Part shown: positions 1 through 11,932 of the stretch, piece by piece
Layout of the letters: each line of letters opens with the position of its first letter
Position numbering within the stretch: the first letter of the stretch is position 1
Assembly (NCBI GenBank): GCA_951406725.2
Contig: OX597820.1
Coordinates: forward strand, 30,256,001-30,320,000
Source of the DNA: Octopus vulgaris
Taxonomy: Eukaryota
Direction: 5' to 3'
DNA length: 64,000 nt
The notes under the pieces: model-generated
Told to the model about the DNA's origin: nothing
The model's database searches: none
Seen by the model: the letters and a program-made list of their open reading frames with translations, nothing else
Position numbers and translations under genes: made by a program

Positions 1-119
1 ATATATAAGTGAGTACAGGACACCACAAATAGACGTAGAACTCAACGAGAAATGATATATGTATATGTATATATATATATGTGTATGTATGTGTGTATGT
101 ATGTGTATATATATGTATG

Positions 120-175
<56 letters not shown>

Positions 176-989
176 AAGCACCAAGTGGTGTCACTCACCT
201 GGAAATTAAAGTTCATTCAAAGGTTACGAAAAGTGAAAGATATATGAAGTGGTGTTAGTGTATGTGTGTGTGGTGGTGGTGGTGGTGGTGATGGTGTGTG
301 TGGTGGTGTGTTTGTGTGTGTTATATAATAACGCTTTAAACACAAGACCTGCAACTTTAAGAGGAGAGAATCGATTAAGACGACCGCATTGCTTGACTGG
401 TACTGTATTTTATCAGCTCTATTATTTTCAAAAGTACCCCTTGGAAAACCTTTGCATATTTGAAGGGAGCCACACAGACTGTCTTTTTGTTTGTATTAGA
501 AAGATCAATGGTAGAAATTTACAACTTAGGAGCAGGCATGACTGTATAGTTAAGAAGCTCGCTTTGTATCCACCTGGTTTTGGGTTCAGGCCCATTGCCC
601 GACACCTTGGCCAAGTGTCTTCTAACATAGCTCCGGGCCGACCAATGCCTTGTAAATGAATTTGGTGAGCGGCAATATGGATGTATGTGTTTATGTATAT
701 GTGTGTGTATGCATGCATCACTGTATGTATGTGATAGAAAATTCAACAAAATAGTACTTACTCCATCTGGTGAGAGATAAACATTATTTAGTTAAAAGGA
801 CACAATACGTGTCTTTAAGTGCTACTAATAGTTCCATACATACATACATACCTGCATGCATGCATACATACATGCATACATACATACATACATACATACA
901 TACATACATACATACATACATACATGGGCAGGCAGGCAAGCAGACAGGCAGACAGACAGACAGACAGACAGATAAATAGATAGATAGAT

Positions 990-1070
<81 letters not shown>

Positions 1071-1071
1071 T

Positions 1072-1925
1072 CAGAGTGTGAGGGGCTTATCTGAGGACAC
1101 TTAATTATCAGTATATTTATCTCTTCAAACTTTATTTCTTTTAAATCCTCTAAAGCAGATAGAATGCTCGTACGAGAAATAAAATGGCATGTAGTCATCG
1201 TTGCCATATGTGCGGAACAAAGCGATTTAGAAATTGCCGACTTTCTAAATGGTGAAAGAGCTTTCGTGCACAAAGTTCAAATGGAATTAGAAGCCTGTGG
1301 AAAGAGTGTTTCAATTGTATAAAAGAGAAAACAAATTCTATACTTTCGGAAACTAAAATGGCACCGTAATTCACCCAAAAGGGTCAAAACATTATCGATG
1401 ATGATCCCGTAAAAATCAATGAGGGCCATCTCCAAAGAATTTCAGATGTCAGTGTTGTCCATCAGAACTGTGTGGCACGAGGACGTTCGATACAAGTCGT
1501 ATGTACTGGGGAGAGGTCAGTTCATGTCTGCAAAGAAGGAAAACCGTTTGATCCGTGCCAAGCGATTACTTAACAAGATTAAAAGCCTCACGAACATGGC
1601 ATGGTTTGGTTCTTCTCTGATGAGAAAGACTTCGACTAAGAGCAGAGGTCTAACAGGGAAAATGAAAAATGGTTGTGTGCAGATCACTCTGATGTTACCA
1701 GAGTGATGCACACTAAGTTTCTATAACTATTATTTCTAACTCCCCATCATCTCATTAATTCCTTACCCAAAACTTTCACTCTCACTCTTCCTTCCATGTT
1801 TCCCTGACTATTTTTCTCTCTCCCCCACCTCTCTCTATTTCTTCCTCCAACACTAATGGGAGTGGTGAGTAACGAAGGTCATGAAATGCCATCTTACATT
1901 TTCCCACTCGATTTTAGATCTAAAG
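1072..1925 (+). mobile_element. Degenerate Tc1-like transposase, 5' part (HTH region to early DDE domain)
   Basis: Frameshifted Tc1-like peptides (MRAISKEFQMSVLSIRTVWHEDVRYKSYVLGRGQF; WFFSDEK at ~1607; MGVVSNEGHEMPSYIFP). Homologous to the element at 6930-8042. Confidence 0.8.
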
Positions 1926-1934
1926 CTATTGGAA

Positions 1935-2240
1935 ACGTTCAATTCAATTTTTATTGGCTCAAGAAGCAAAAGCAAGGCCATGTAGGGGGACAGGGAGGGT
2001 GGTCATACAAAGAGTTCAGGCCATTTCTGGTCAAGAGAGACTTTGAACCGAGCGGTCGTCGGCATCTTCACTATCTCGTCCGGCAGCTTATTCCACGGAT
2101 CCGCAACCCGGACGGAGAAAGCCCTTCTCCTTCGATTGAGATTAAATCGTCATCGATAGAGCTTTTCGGAGTGACCCCGCAGCTGACGCTCTGGAGCAGG
2201 AGTGAAGAACAGCTCTTTCGAGAGAGGAGATTTCAGGTTA
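1935..2240 (-). mobile_element. 3' fragment of a CR1/L2-group LINE (ORF2 C-terminus, 3' UTR, tail)
   Basis: Minus strand reads ...RQLRGHSEKLYR...AFSVRVADPWNKLPDEIVKMPTTARFKVSLDQKWPELFV*, followed by AATAAA and an (ATTGA)n tail. RGH..KL, RV..WN.LP and FK..LD are CR1-type C-terminal motifs. Confidence 0.8.
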
Positions 2241-2280
2241 TTAAGTCTGTTTTTAGTTTGTTTATATCTCCCGGGTGGGA

Positions 2281-2470
2281 GATGGGCTGAATCCTGGAAG
2301 TACTGCTATACCAGGCCAACCCGTGGCAAAGGCGGAGCAAGCCCCTAACTCTTCGCCTCGTTCTAAAAATCAGTTTAATATCGATAGTCCCAAATAGGGA
2401 CCGTATCAGATATTAAGCTGATAAGAACAGATACTACACTTTGATCTTAGCCAAAAGGCCGAGAAGCGAT
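2281..2470 (-). ncRNA. U2: U2 spliceosomal snRNA, copy 1
   Basis: Reverse complement starts ATCGCTTCTCGGCCTTTTGGCTAAGATCAAAGTGTAGTATCTGTTCTTATCAG (branch-point recognition GUAGUA). It has an Sm site GATTTTTAG, 3' stem-loops, a length of ~190 nt, and a downstream 3'-box-like AACTAAAAACAGAC. Confidence 0.97.
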
Positions 2471-2514
2471 CATTTTTAGTCTAGCTCAGAAATATTTAAA
2501 CCTATTTCTATGTA

Positions 2515-2531
2515 GTACAGTTACTGATTTA
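2515..2531 (-). promoter_or_regulatory. Candidate proximal sequence element (PSE) of U2 copy 1
   Basis: TAAATCAGTAACTGTAC at -45..-61. It is the main block shared with the otherwise divergent upstream region of copy 2. Confidence 0.55.
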
Positions 2532-2714
2532 TACTTACACTTATATAGCTGTATTTAATTAGTTCTTCCATATTTTGTAATATCTTTTATTTTATTTCAC
2601 AGTAGCTGTTTTATTTAATCCTTTCAATCTCAGAATTTTAATATTTCTATTTCTTTAAAATGATATTATCCTAAGTGTAATCTGTAATAGTGTTGATTTG
2701 ATAATAAACGTGAA

Positions 2715-3064
2715 GGCGCGTGGCTCAGTGATTAGAGCGTCGAGCTTACGATCGTGAGGTTGTGAGCTCGAATCCCGGACCTGGCTGCGTGTTGTGTTCT
2801 TGAGCAAGACACTTTATTTCACGTTGCTCCAGTTCACTCAGCTGTAGAAATGAGTTGCGACGTCACAGGTGCCAAGCTGTATGGGCCCTTGCCTTTCCCT
2901 TGGACAACATCGGTGACGTGGAGAGAGGAGGCCGGTATGCATGGGCGACTGCTGGTCTTCCATAAAAAAACCCAAAAAAACAACAACCTTGCCCAGACTT
3001 GTGCCTCAGAGGGTAACTCTCTAGGTGCAAACCCATCGTCAGTGTCTGACCGAAGGGGGTCGCC
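2715..3064 (+). mobile_element. tRNA-derived SINE (core CTTGAGCAAGACACTTTATTTCACGTTGCTCCAG)
   Basis: A/B boxes TGGCTCAGTGA and GCTCGAATCCC; TSD AAACGTGAA at 2706-2714 and 3065-3073; absent from the paralogous U2 unit (empty site ~4411). Confidence 0.9.
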
Positions 3065-3221
3065 AAACGTGAATGGAAAATACGAATTACGACGGTCCGT
3101 AATGTTCACGTGACTCTATATCTCAACATTAAAACATTTATTACTCTTTTTACTAAATTAATTTTTCAGTTACCATAAATCTCGTAAGTCGTATCGGAAA
3201 CATTTTCTTGCTTTTCTGAAA

Positions 3222-3607
3222 TCTTTATATATAAAAGTGAAGTTGTGTGTCTGTCACCTACGATTTAGATTCCTAACTACTCCCACATTTTGCGGTGCAG
3301 TGTAACCAAAAGCGGGTATCTTATAGTCGTGATTCATATCGAGCCCTTCTGGGTATTAGCGCGAGTCTACGATTTAAAAAAAAAATTTACCATCATTTTT
3401 TCCCATTTTTAATGCATTTTTTTGCTATTATATAAGGGAAGTAACTCTCTAAAAATATATTATTAAATCTCAGAACGTAAAAAGCTACAGTAATACCCCC
3501 CCTTTGTGGTTTGCCATATTGAGATGGCTATTATACTTTACATCTCTAAAAATGCTTATATAGTTATTTCCCTTACAAACCCGAGCAACGCCGGGCGATA
3601 CTGCTAG
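3222..3607 (+). mobile_element. Non-autonomous Helitron
   Basis: 5' TCTTTATATATAAAAG, 3' hairpin CCCG..CGGG then CTAG. Inserted between A and T with no TSD; empty site GAAA|TATTTT in the paralog at ~4934. Confidence 0.9.
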
Positions 3608-3981
3608 TATTTTATAATTACAAAACAAACTATAAGGGTGGCTTTCTATCTTGCAGTAACTAACTGGTTGCTTTGCATTTTATTCTTACTATGACAGACC
3701 AGACTAATTAGAAATAGCAGTCAAAACCACATGCCTTGTAATAAAAACGGAAGACGAAAAGCTGCGGACTCTAGGATATTATTTGTATGAGGAAAACACA
3801 GCAAACGATGGGTGGACAGCAGATGTGGATGAATGTAATTACATCTAAGATAAAAATAAATAAATAAAATAACGGCAACGGAGATCATAGAATGCGGGTC
3901 TGATCCCTTCTGGAAAAAGTAGTAAAGGGGATTTTAAGATATTAAGTCTGTTTTTAGTTTAGTTATATCTCCCGGGTGGGA

Positions 3982-4171
3982 GATGGGCTGAATCCTGGAA
4001 GTACTGCTATACCAGGCCAACCCGTAGCAAAGGCGGAGCAAGCCCCTAACTCTTCGCCTCGTTCTAAAAATCAGTTTAATATCGATGGTCCCAAATAGGG
4101 ACCGTATCAGATATTAAGCTGATAAGAACAGATACTACACTTTGATCTTAGCCAAAAGGCCGAGAAGCGAT
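3982..4171 (-). ncRNA. U2: U2 spliceosomal snRNA, copy 2
   Basis: Same sequence as copy 1 except two substitutions seen by eye; same 3'-box-like flank. Confidence 0.97.
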
Positions 4172-4218
4172 GTCCTAAAATGCGTGCTCATAGAGGTATC
4201 TATACAGACTTCACTTTT

Positions 4219-4235
4219 GTACACTGACTGATTTA
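4219..4235 (-). promoter_or_regulatory. Candidate PSE of U2 copy 2
   Basis: TAAATCAGTCAGTGTAC at -48..-64; 15/17 match to the copy-1 motif. Confidence 0.55.
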
Positions 4236-4430
4236 GCAATAATATTATTCGTATATATTTAATTAGTTCTTCCATATTTTGTAATATCTTTTATTTTATT
4301 CCGTAGTAGTTGTTTTATTTAATCCTTTCAATCTGAGAATTTTAATATTTCTATTTTTTAAAAAATGATATTATCCTAAACGTAATCTGTAATTGTGTTG
4401 ATTTGATAATAAACATGAATGAAAAGTACG

Positions 4431-4790
4431 GGATCTTTTCGGTTTGAACGGCAGTTTTTTCTAGCGGTGTCATATGAAATTGTCACCCATAATCATGACC
4501 GTGGGGGGGGGTTATCTTTTTTTCTTCAGAAATGTAAATAAACCCAATCTGTTTCTTAAATGAGGGACATATTCATATGGCACAGAATGTTGTTTACCTC
4601 AATAGACGTCAGTGATTGGTTGAGATTGCAGGAAAAAAAACCAACAATTATCTTACAAACTATAGAATTTTCTCAATATAGTCAAGAGAAAAAGATGTTT
4701 TATAAACACATTCTACCAGTATACGAAGTATAAAATGTTTTAATTACCAAGAAATTATATTAAAAACTGCCGTTCAAACCGAAAAGATCC
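4431..4790. mobile_element. MITE, Merlin-like (GG termini, 8-bp TSD)
   Basis: TIR GGATCTTTTCGGTTTGAACGGCAGTTTTT / AAAAACTGCCGTTCAAACCGAAAAGATCC; TSD AAAGTACG at 4423-4430 and 4791-4798; absent from U2 unit 1. Confidence 0.85.
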
Positions 4791-5244
4791 AAAGTACGAA
4801 TTCGATGGTCCGTAATGTTCACGTGACTCTATATCTCAGCATTAAAATATTTATTACTCTTTTTACTAAATTATTTTTTCAGTTACTATAAATCTCGTAA
4901 GTCGTTTCGGAAACATTTTCTTGCTTTTCTGAAATATTTTATAATTAAAAAACAAACTATAAGGGTGGCTCCTCCATCTTGCAGTAACTAACTGGTTGCT
5001 TTGCATTTTATACTTACTATGACAGACCAGACTGATTAGAAATAGCAGTCAAAACCACAAGCCTTGTACTAAAAACGGAAGGCAAAAAGCTGCGGCCTCC
5101 AGGATATTATTTGTATGAGGAAAACAAGGCAAACGATGGGTGGACAGCAGAAGATGTGGATGTACATCTAAGATTAAAAAACCCTAACGGCAGCGGGGAT
5201 CATAGAATGCAGGCCTGATCCCTTCCTGGAAGGGAGTAGAAGGG

Positions 5245-5445
5245 ATGATGTCAAACAATCTTTACTTTCATGTAACATTGCTACAAAGCTCGCCAGGTTT
5301 AAATCTCATGGACTACTACATTTAGAGCTTTGCTGAAAAGGAGACTAATTAACATCCTCACAATAGCATAGCTTCGCTGAAAGTTGCCATTGTCCCGGTG
5401 ATGTCCGAAATTAATAAGATCTATCTTGTGTAGGCATGCCTACGT
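5245..5445 (+). mobile_element. Degenerate Tc1-like transposase, 3' part
   Basis: Reads ..SSPGLNLMDYYI*SFAEKETN*HPHNS.., matching the SPDLNP.DY motif. It continues the element at 1072-1925. Confidence 0.65.
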
Positions 5446-6024
5446 TTCCAGTCCCGCATGGAAGTGATCATTGAAGCTGAATAATCTTAAAAGATTTTAA
5501 GATGCTTTTTTAGATGCTTTAATTTATACTTATACATCTTAAAAGATTTTAAGATGCTTTTTTACATGCTTTATATTTATACTTATACATATTTAAGGGA
5601 ATACAAAGGAGTGACAGAGAGAGAGAAGAGAAATGGAAAGACAAGAAAAGACGTCAACAAGAAACTATGGCATTACAACCAGCCAGGAACAGTCTTCGCT
5701 ACATTTGCGGTACCTGCCAGAGGGAGTGTTTGTCTAAGATAGGACTACACAGCCACAGCAGGAAATGTATCAGGACATGAAATGTAAAAGCTGGACTAGA
5801 CTACTTTATGCGCAACTCCATTGTCTCCCGAGACAAAAAGGATGCCAACCAACATATTTATATATATATATTTATATTTATTTATTCATATAATTTTAAT
5901 ACAATAACTATTCTCAAACGAGTATATCTTTACGAGGAGTTTGGATATTAATTTCCTTATTTTAATAATATATTATTAAAAATATATATATGTAATCTTA
6001 AAAGAGAGCTTATCGAGAACATTC

Positions 6025-6234
6025 TTTTATTGTTTCAGTCATTTGACTGCGGCCATGCTGGAGCACCGCCTCTAGTCGAGCAGATCGACCCCAGGACTTA
6101 TTCTCTGTAAGCCTAGTACTTATTCTATAGGTCACTTAAGCCGAACCGCTAAGTTACGGGTACATAAACACACCAGCCTCGGTTGTCAAGCGATGTTGGG
6201 GGACAAACACAGACACATAAGCATACACACACCC

Positions 6235-6301
<67 letters not shown>

Positions 6302-6462
6302 CAACGGGCTTCTTCCAGTTTCCGTCTACCAAATCCACTCACAAGGCTTTGGTCGGCCCGAGGCTATAGAAGACACTTGCCCAAGGTGCCACGCAGTGGG
6401 ACTGAACCTATGACCATGTGGTTGGTAAGCAAGCTACTTACCACACAGCTACTCCTACGCCT
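6025..6462 (-). mobile_element. tRNA-derived SINE, family with CORE-like CCTTGGGCAAGT and internal microsatellite
   Basis: Head AGGCGTAGGAGTAGCTGTGTGGTAAG; tail ...CCAGCATGGCCGCAGTCAAATGACTGAAAC; many copies in the window. Confidence 0.9.
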
Positions 6463-6929
6463 ATGTGCATAAGTTTTTATTAAAATACATTTGGCTTTAG
6501 CTAGATTACAGATTATTTTATTAAATTACCAAATACAGCCTCAAATACAACTCGCACCTTTGTGCGCGTGTGTGTGTACCATAAAAGGTAAGGAGCTATG
6601 AAGGTGAATATATTTAATTTCAGTGTATAGTAAATTATTTTACCTCACTGCACCAATATGCATGCTACACAGTGCACAGTACAATTGCACATTCACGAAA
6701 CTCTTCAGATTATCAGAACATATATATACACGTGTGGGTGTGCGTGTTTTGTCCACCACAACCGCTTTACAATGGGTGTTGGTGTGTTTATGTCCACGTA
6801 ACTTAGCGGTTCGGACAAAAGAGACCGATAGAATAAGTAACAGGTTTGACAAAATTAATGCTGCGGTCAATTCATTACACTAAAAATTCTTCAAGGCGAT
6901 GCCCCAGTATGGCCGCAGTCTAATAGCTG

Positions 6930-8039
6930 AACCACAGCCTCCAGACGACCTCGAAATCTCCTCAAACTCTTCTGGACTTTCTCCTTATTTAAGTCGGTGA
7001 ATTGTTTAAACGTTCGATTCATCTTTGGTGTTACAAGAAGTTTTGTTGGTCTCTTACTCAACTGTGCCCCACACATAATAATGAAGGGGTTTGCAGTTTG
7101 GGGAGTTCGGTTGCCAAATGTTAGGGATGTTGTGGTCACAGAAATTGTCTGACAGCCATGACTGGCTTCTCCTGCTTGTGTGACATAGTGCAGACGTAGG
7201 GTCTTGCCAGATATAGGGTCTTCCAGCAGCCACCCTCTTGACCCAGGGCAGCACTACCTCCTCTAGGCATTTGCTGTACGCCTCTGTGTTGAGTCTGAGG
7301 CCGTGTGGGAAGATGAAGAGAGGCATAACATCACCATGATGTTAACTGGATGTTTGATTTTTATCCTTCTCGGTACATGTTTTGGGGACACGGCAAGCCA
7401 ATGGTTGTTCTCTGAGTTCACCATCTGATCCTGGCAGAATTATTTCTCGTGTGAGAAAAACCAAAGTATGCTCGGTTGGAGGGGATGCTTGAGTTTGTTC
7501 AAAAGCTTAGTAGCGCGGTCTTTCCTCTTGTCCTTGATGGCTTGGGATAAAAATTGACCCTTTCTCATCTTGTATGAGAAATACCGAATGTCTTCATGCA
7601 ATACCTGCCTGATAAGAAACTCAGACACTCCCATGTCCCTGGCGATGGACTTGAAGGGATCGTTGTTAAGCATGGCCTGAATCTCACCAACAAATTCAAG
7701 AGTTCTTTTCTTATCAGGATGATCAGAGTGAGTTTCCGAGCTGCCGTACCTTTGTAATCACCATTAGACTCATCCAACTCTTTCCGAATCCTTTGCACTG
7801 TCCTCAGATTGACACTCAAACACTCTGAAATATTCGTATTGGAGCTTCCTGCGCGAATGTCAAGCAGTACTGCATGTCGTTTCCAAATTTCTGGCAGAGT
7901 GAATTGCATCATGATGCTGGTTTTCTCACAGACGGTGCCCAACTGGCCCTACTATACTGTGTAGTCGGCAAAATCAAAAACGAACAATGCGCATGCGCGA
8001 AATAAAAATACAAATGGCGACAGTTTACCCATCGCATCT

Positions 8040-8042
<3 letters not shown>
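6930..8042 (-). mobile_element. Degenerate Tc1-like transposon (copy 1)
   Basis: Fragments: HTH (ISECLSVNLRTVQRIRK), WFFSHEK, PLFIFPHGLRLN...RPYIWQD...WQPNSPNCKPLHYYVWG. Confidence 0.88.
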
Positions 8043-8070
<28 letters not shown>

Positions 8071-8284
8071 GTGTGTGTCCGTGTCCTCGAAGCGCCTAAG
8101 GTATTTTAAGCTTAAAATGCCAAATATGTTATCTGTATTTCATTAATACTATAACATGGTTCGTATTGTCCATGGTTTGATCTCCCTCGTCTAACTGCAC
8201 TAGATACGGGACTGGAATGTGGAACGTACTATTGAACTCTAACATTGGTTACGAGTTGCATTCCCAACGCATATATATTCTATA

Positions 8285-8575
8285 TGATGGCTGCCCCTCG
8301 TTATCGTGTATGGCCATTGCACGAAGCTTAACTGTTACTGGTGCTGTGATCGAATGTGACTTTTTAGCCCAGCTAAAGATCTACAATATCTCGTACAAAA
8401 TTGGCAACTAAAACCTTTACCGGCAAAAGCCGGCTGTAGTTGTAACTGGGCTTCATGTACCTTTGTATGTCGTTTAAGTCCTCCTGCCGAATTACACTCT
8501 CTTCCACATGCCCGACAGATATGATTAGTATGGTGTGTAACACCACCACCAGTGGCCAGGTTGTCACTCATCTGT
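8285..8575 (-). mobile_element. 3' end of an RTE-clade LINE with C-terminal zinc fingers (copy 1)
   Basis: CRACGRECNSAGGLKRHTKVH and CQFCTRYCRSLAGLKSHIRSQH followed by a short 3' UTR. No TGEKP linkers; resembles the RTE C-terminus at 50300-50600. Confidence 0.7.
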
Positions 8576-8784
8576 CATACATACATTCATAGATACATAC
8601 ATGCATGCAATGCATGTATATGTGTATGCATTCATGCATGCATATATGAAACGTCGGTCACTAGTTTGCAAGCTCATTAAACCGGAGCTTGCGCTAGGTA
8701 CCATGGCTTATTACTTATCAGGAGTACAGTATTGCCTTCCTCTGACCAGGAAGCCAATCCGTCGCAGGGTTCGCCAATAGCTGT

Positions 8785-9198
8785 TACTCTCTTTTACTAT
8801 TTTACTTGTTTCAGTCATTTGACTGTAGCCATGCTGGAGCACCGCCTTTAGCCGCGCAAATCGACCCCAGGACTTATTCTTTGTAAGCCTAGTACTTATT
8901 CTATCGGACTCTTTTGCCGAAAACCGATAAGTTACGGGGACGTAAACACACTAGCATCGGTTGTCAAGCGATGTTGGGGGGACAAACACAGACACACAAA
9001 CATATACACACACATACATATATATGCTTATATACGACGGGCTTCTTTCAGTTTCCGTCTACCAAATCCACTCACAATGCTTTGGTTGGCCCGAGGCTAG
9101 AGTAGAAGACATTTGCCCAAGGTGCCACGCAGTGGGAATGAACCTATGACCATGTGGTTGGTAAGCAAGCTACTTACCACACAGCTACTCCTACGCCT
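8785..9198 (-). mobile_element. tRNA-derived SINE (chimeric junction copy)
   Basis: Same family as 6025-6462. Its left part matches the 11521 copy and its right part matches the 6025 copy. Confidence 0.9.
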
Positions 9199-9665
9199 AT
9201 GTGCATAAGTTTTTATTAAAATACATTTGGCTTTAGCTAGATTACAGATTATTTTATTAAATTACCAAATACAGCCTCAAATACAACTCGCACCTTTGTG
9301 CGCGTGTGTGTGTACCATAAAAGGTAAGGAGCTATGAAGGTGAATATATTTAATTTCAGTGTATAGTAAATTATTTTACCTCACTGCACCAATATGCATG
9401 CTACACAGTGCACAGTACAATTGCACATTCACGAAACTCTTCAGATTATCAGAACATATATATACACGTGTGGGTGTGCGTGTTTTGTCCACCACAACCG
9501 CTTTACAATGGGTGTTGGTGTGTTTATGTCCACGTAACTTAGCGGTTCGGACAAAAGAGACCGATAGAATAAGTAACAGGTTTGACAAAATTAATGCTGC
9601 GGTCAATTCATTACACTAAAAATTCTTCAAGGCGATGCCCCAGTATGGCCGCAGTCTAATAGCTG

Positions 9666-10775
9666 AACCACAGCCTCCAGACGACCTCGAAATCTCCTCA
9701 AACTCTTCTGGACTTTCTCCTTATTTAAGTCGGTGAATTGTTTAAACGTTCGATTCATCTTTGGTGTTACAAGAAGTTTTGTTGGTCTCTTACTCAACTG
9801 TGCCCCACACATAATAATGAAGGGGTTTGCAGTTTGGGGAGTTCGGTTGCCAAATGTTAGGGATGTTGTGGTCACAGAAATTGTCTGACAGCCATGACTG
9901 GCTTCTCCTGCTTGTGTGACATAGTGCAGACGTAGGGTCTTGCCAGATATAGGGTCTTCCAGCAGCCACCCTCTTGACCCAGGGCAGCACTACCTCCTCT
10001 AGGCATTTGCTGTACGCCTCTGTGTTGAGTCTGAGGCCGTGTGGGAAGATGAAGAGAGGCATAACATCACCATGATGTTAACTGGATGTTTGATTTTTAT
10101 CCTTCTCGGTACATGTTTTGGGGACACGGCAAGCCAATGGTTGTTCTCTGAGTTCACCATCTGATCCTGGCAGAATTATTTCTCGTGTGAGAAAAACCAA
10201 AGTATGCTCGGTTGGAGGGGATGCTTGAGTTTGTTCAAAAGCTTAGTAGCGCGGTCTTTCCTCTTGTCCTTGATGGCTTGGGATAAAAATTGGCCCTTTC
10301 TCATCTTGTATGAGAAATACCGAATGTCTTCATGCAATACCTGCCTGATAAGAAACTCAGACACTCCCATGTCCCTGGCGATGGACTTGAAGGGATCGTT
10401 GTTAAGCATGGCCTGAATCTCACCAACAAATTCAAGAGTTCTTTTCTTATCAGGATGATCAGAGTGAGTTTCCGAGCTGCCGTACCTTTGTAATCACCAT
10501 TAGACTCATCCAACTCTTTCCGAATCCTTTGCACTGTCCTCAGATTGACACTCAAACACTCTGAAATATTCGTATTGGAGCTTCCTGCGCGAATGTCAAG
10601 CAGTACTGCATGTCGTTTCCAAATTTCTGGCAGAGTGAATTGCATCATGATGCTGGTTTTCTCACAGACGGTGCCCAACTGGCCCTACTATACTGTGTAG
10701 TCGGCAAAATCAAAAACGAACAATGCGCATGCGCGAAATAAAAATACAAATGGCGACAGTTTACCCATCGCATCT

Positions 10776-10778
<3 letters not shown>
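9666..10778 (-). mobile_element. Degenerate Tc1-like transposon (duplicate copy)
   Basis: Duplicate of 6930-8042 at +2736. Confidence 0.88.
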
Positions 10779-10806
<28 letters not shown>

Positions 10807-11020
10807 GTGTGTGTCCGTGTCCTCGAAGCGCCTAAGGTATTTTAAGCTTAAAATGCCAAATATGTTATCTGTATTTCATTAATACTATAACATGGTTCGT
10901 ATTGTCCATGGTTTGATCTCCCTCGTCTAACTGCACTAGATACGGGACTGGAATGTGGAACGTACTATTGAACTCTAACATTGGTTACGAGTTGCATTCC
11001 CAACGCATATATATTCTATA

Positions 11021-11311
11021 TGATGGCTGCCCCTCGTTATCGTGTATGGCCATTGCACGAAGCTTAACTGTTACTGGTGCTGTGATCGAATGTGACTTTT
11101 TAGCCCAGCTAAAGATCTACAATATCTCGTACAAAATTGGCAACTAAAACCTTTACCGGCAAAAGCCGGCTGTAGTTGTAACTGGGCTTCATGTACCTTT
11201 GTATGTCGTTTAAGTCCTCCTGCCGAATTACACTCTCTTCCACATGCCCGACAGATATGATTAGTATGGTGTGTAACACCACCACCAGTGGCCAGGTTGT
11301 CACTCATCTGT
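11021..11311 (-). mobile_element. RTE LINE 3' end (duplicate copy)
   Basis: Duplicate of 8285-8575. Confidence 0.7.
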
Positions 11312-11520
11312 CATACATACATTCATAGATACATACATGCATGCAATGCATGTATATGTGTATGCATTCATGCATGCATATATGAAACGTCGGTCACTAG
11401 TTTGCAAGCTCATTAAACCGGAGCTTGCGCTAGGTACCATGGCTTATTACTTATCAGGAGTACAGTATTGCCTTCCTCTGACCAGGAAGCCAATCCGTCG
11501 CAGGGTTCGCCAATAGCTGT

Positions 11521-11932
11521 TACTCTCTTTTACTATTTTACTTGTTTCAGTCATTTGACTGTAGCCATGCTGGAGCACCGCCTTTAGCCGCGCAAATCGA
11601 CCCCAGGACTTATTCTTTGTAAGCCTAGTACTTATTCTATCGGACTCTTTTGCCGAAAACCGATAAGTTACGGGGACGTAAACACACTAGCATCGGTTGT
11701 CAAGCGATGTTGGGGGGACAAACACAGACACACAAACATATACACACACATACATATATATGCTTATATACGACGGGCTTCTTTCAGTTTCCGTCTACCA
11801 AATCCACTCACAATGCTTTGGTTGGCCCGAGGCTAGAGTAGAAGACATTTGCCCAAGGTGCCACGCAGTGGGAATGAACCTGGAACCATGTGATTGGTTA
11901 GCAAGCTACTTACCACACAGCCACTCTTGCGT
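11521..11932 (-). mobile_element. tRNA-derived SINE
   Basis: Same family as 6025-6462. Confidence 0.9.

Larger units (their letters stand above)
6403..11881. repeat. Near-perfect tandem duplication, period 2736 bp (6403-9145 vs 9139-11881)
   Basis: The ORF track repeats with a 2736 offset. Only one substitution was noticed by eye (A7557 vs G10293). Confidence 0.95.

Noticed and set aside
1935-2470. U2-targeting retrotransposon (Utopia/Keno type) or U2-LINE chimeric retrocopy
   Set aside because: U2 is full length and uninterrupted, and ~40 bp of 3'-box flank shared with copy 2 separates it from the LINE fragment. The LINE is CR1-like.
8335-8571. Two-finger ORF (and its copy at 11071-11307) as a host C2H2 gene
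   Set aside because: No TGEKP linkers; motif spacing and the following 3' tail fit an RTE LINE ORF2 C-terminus.
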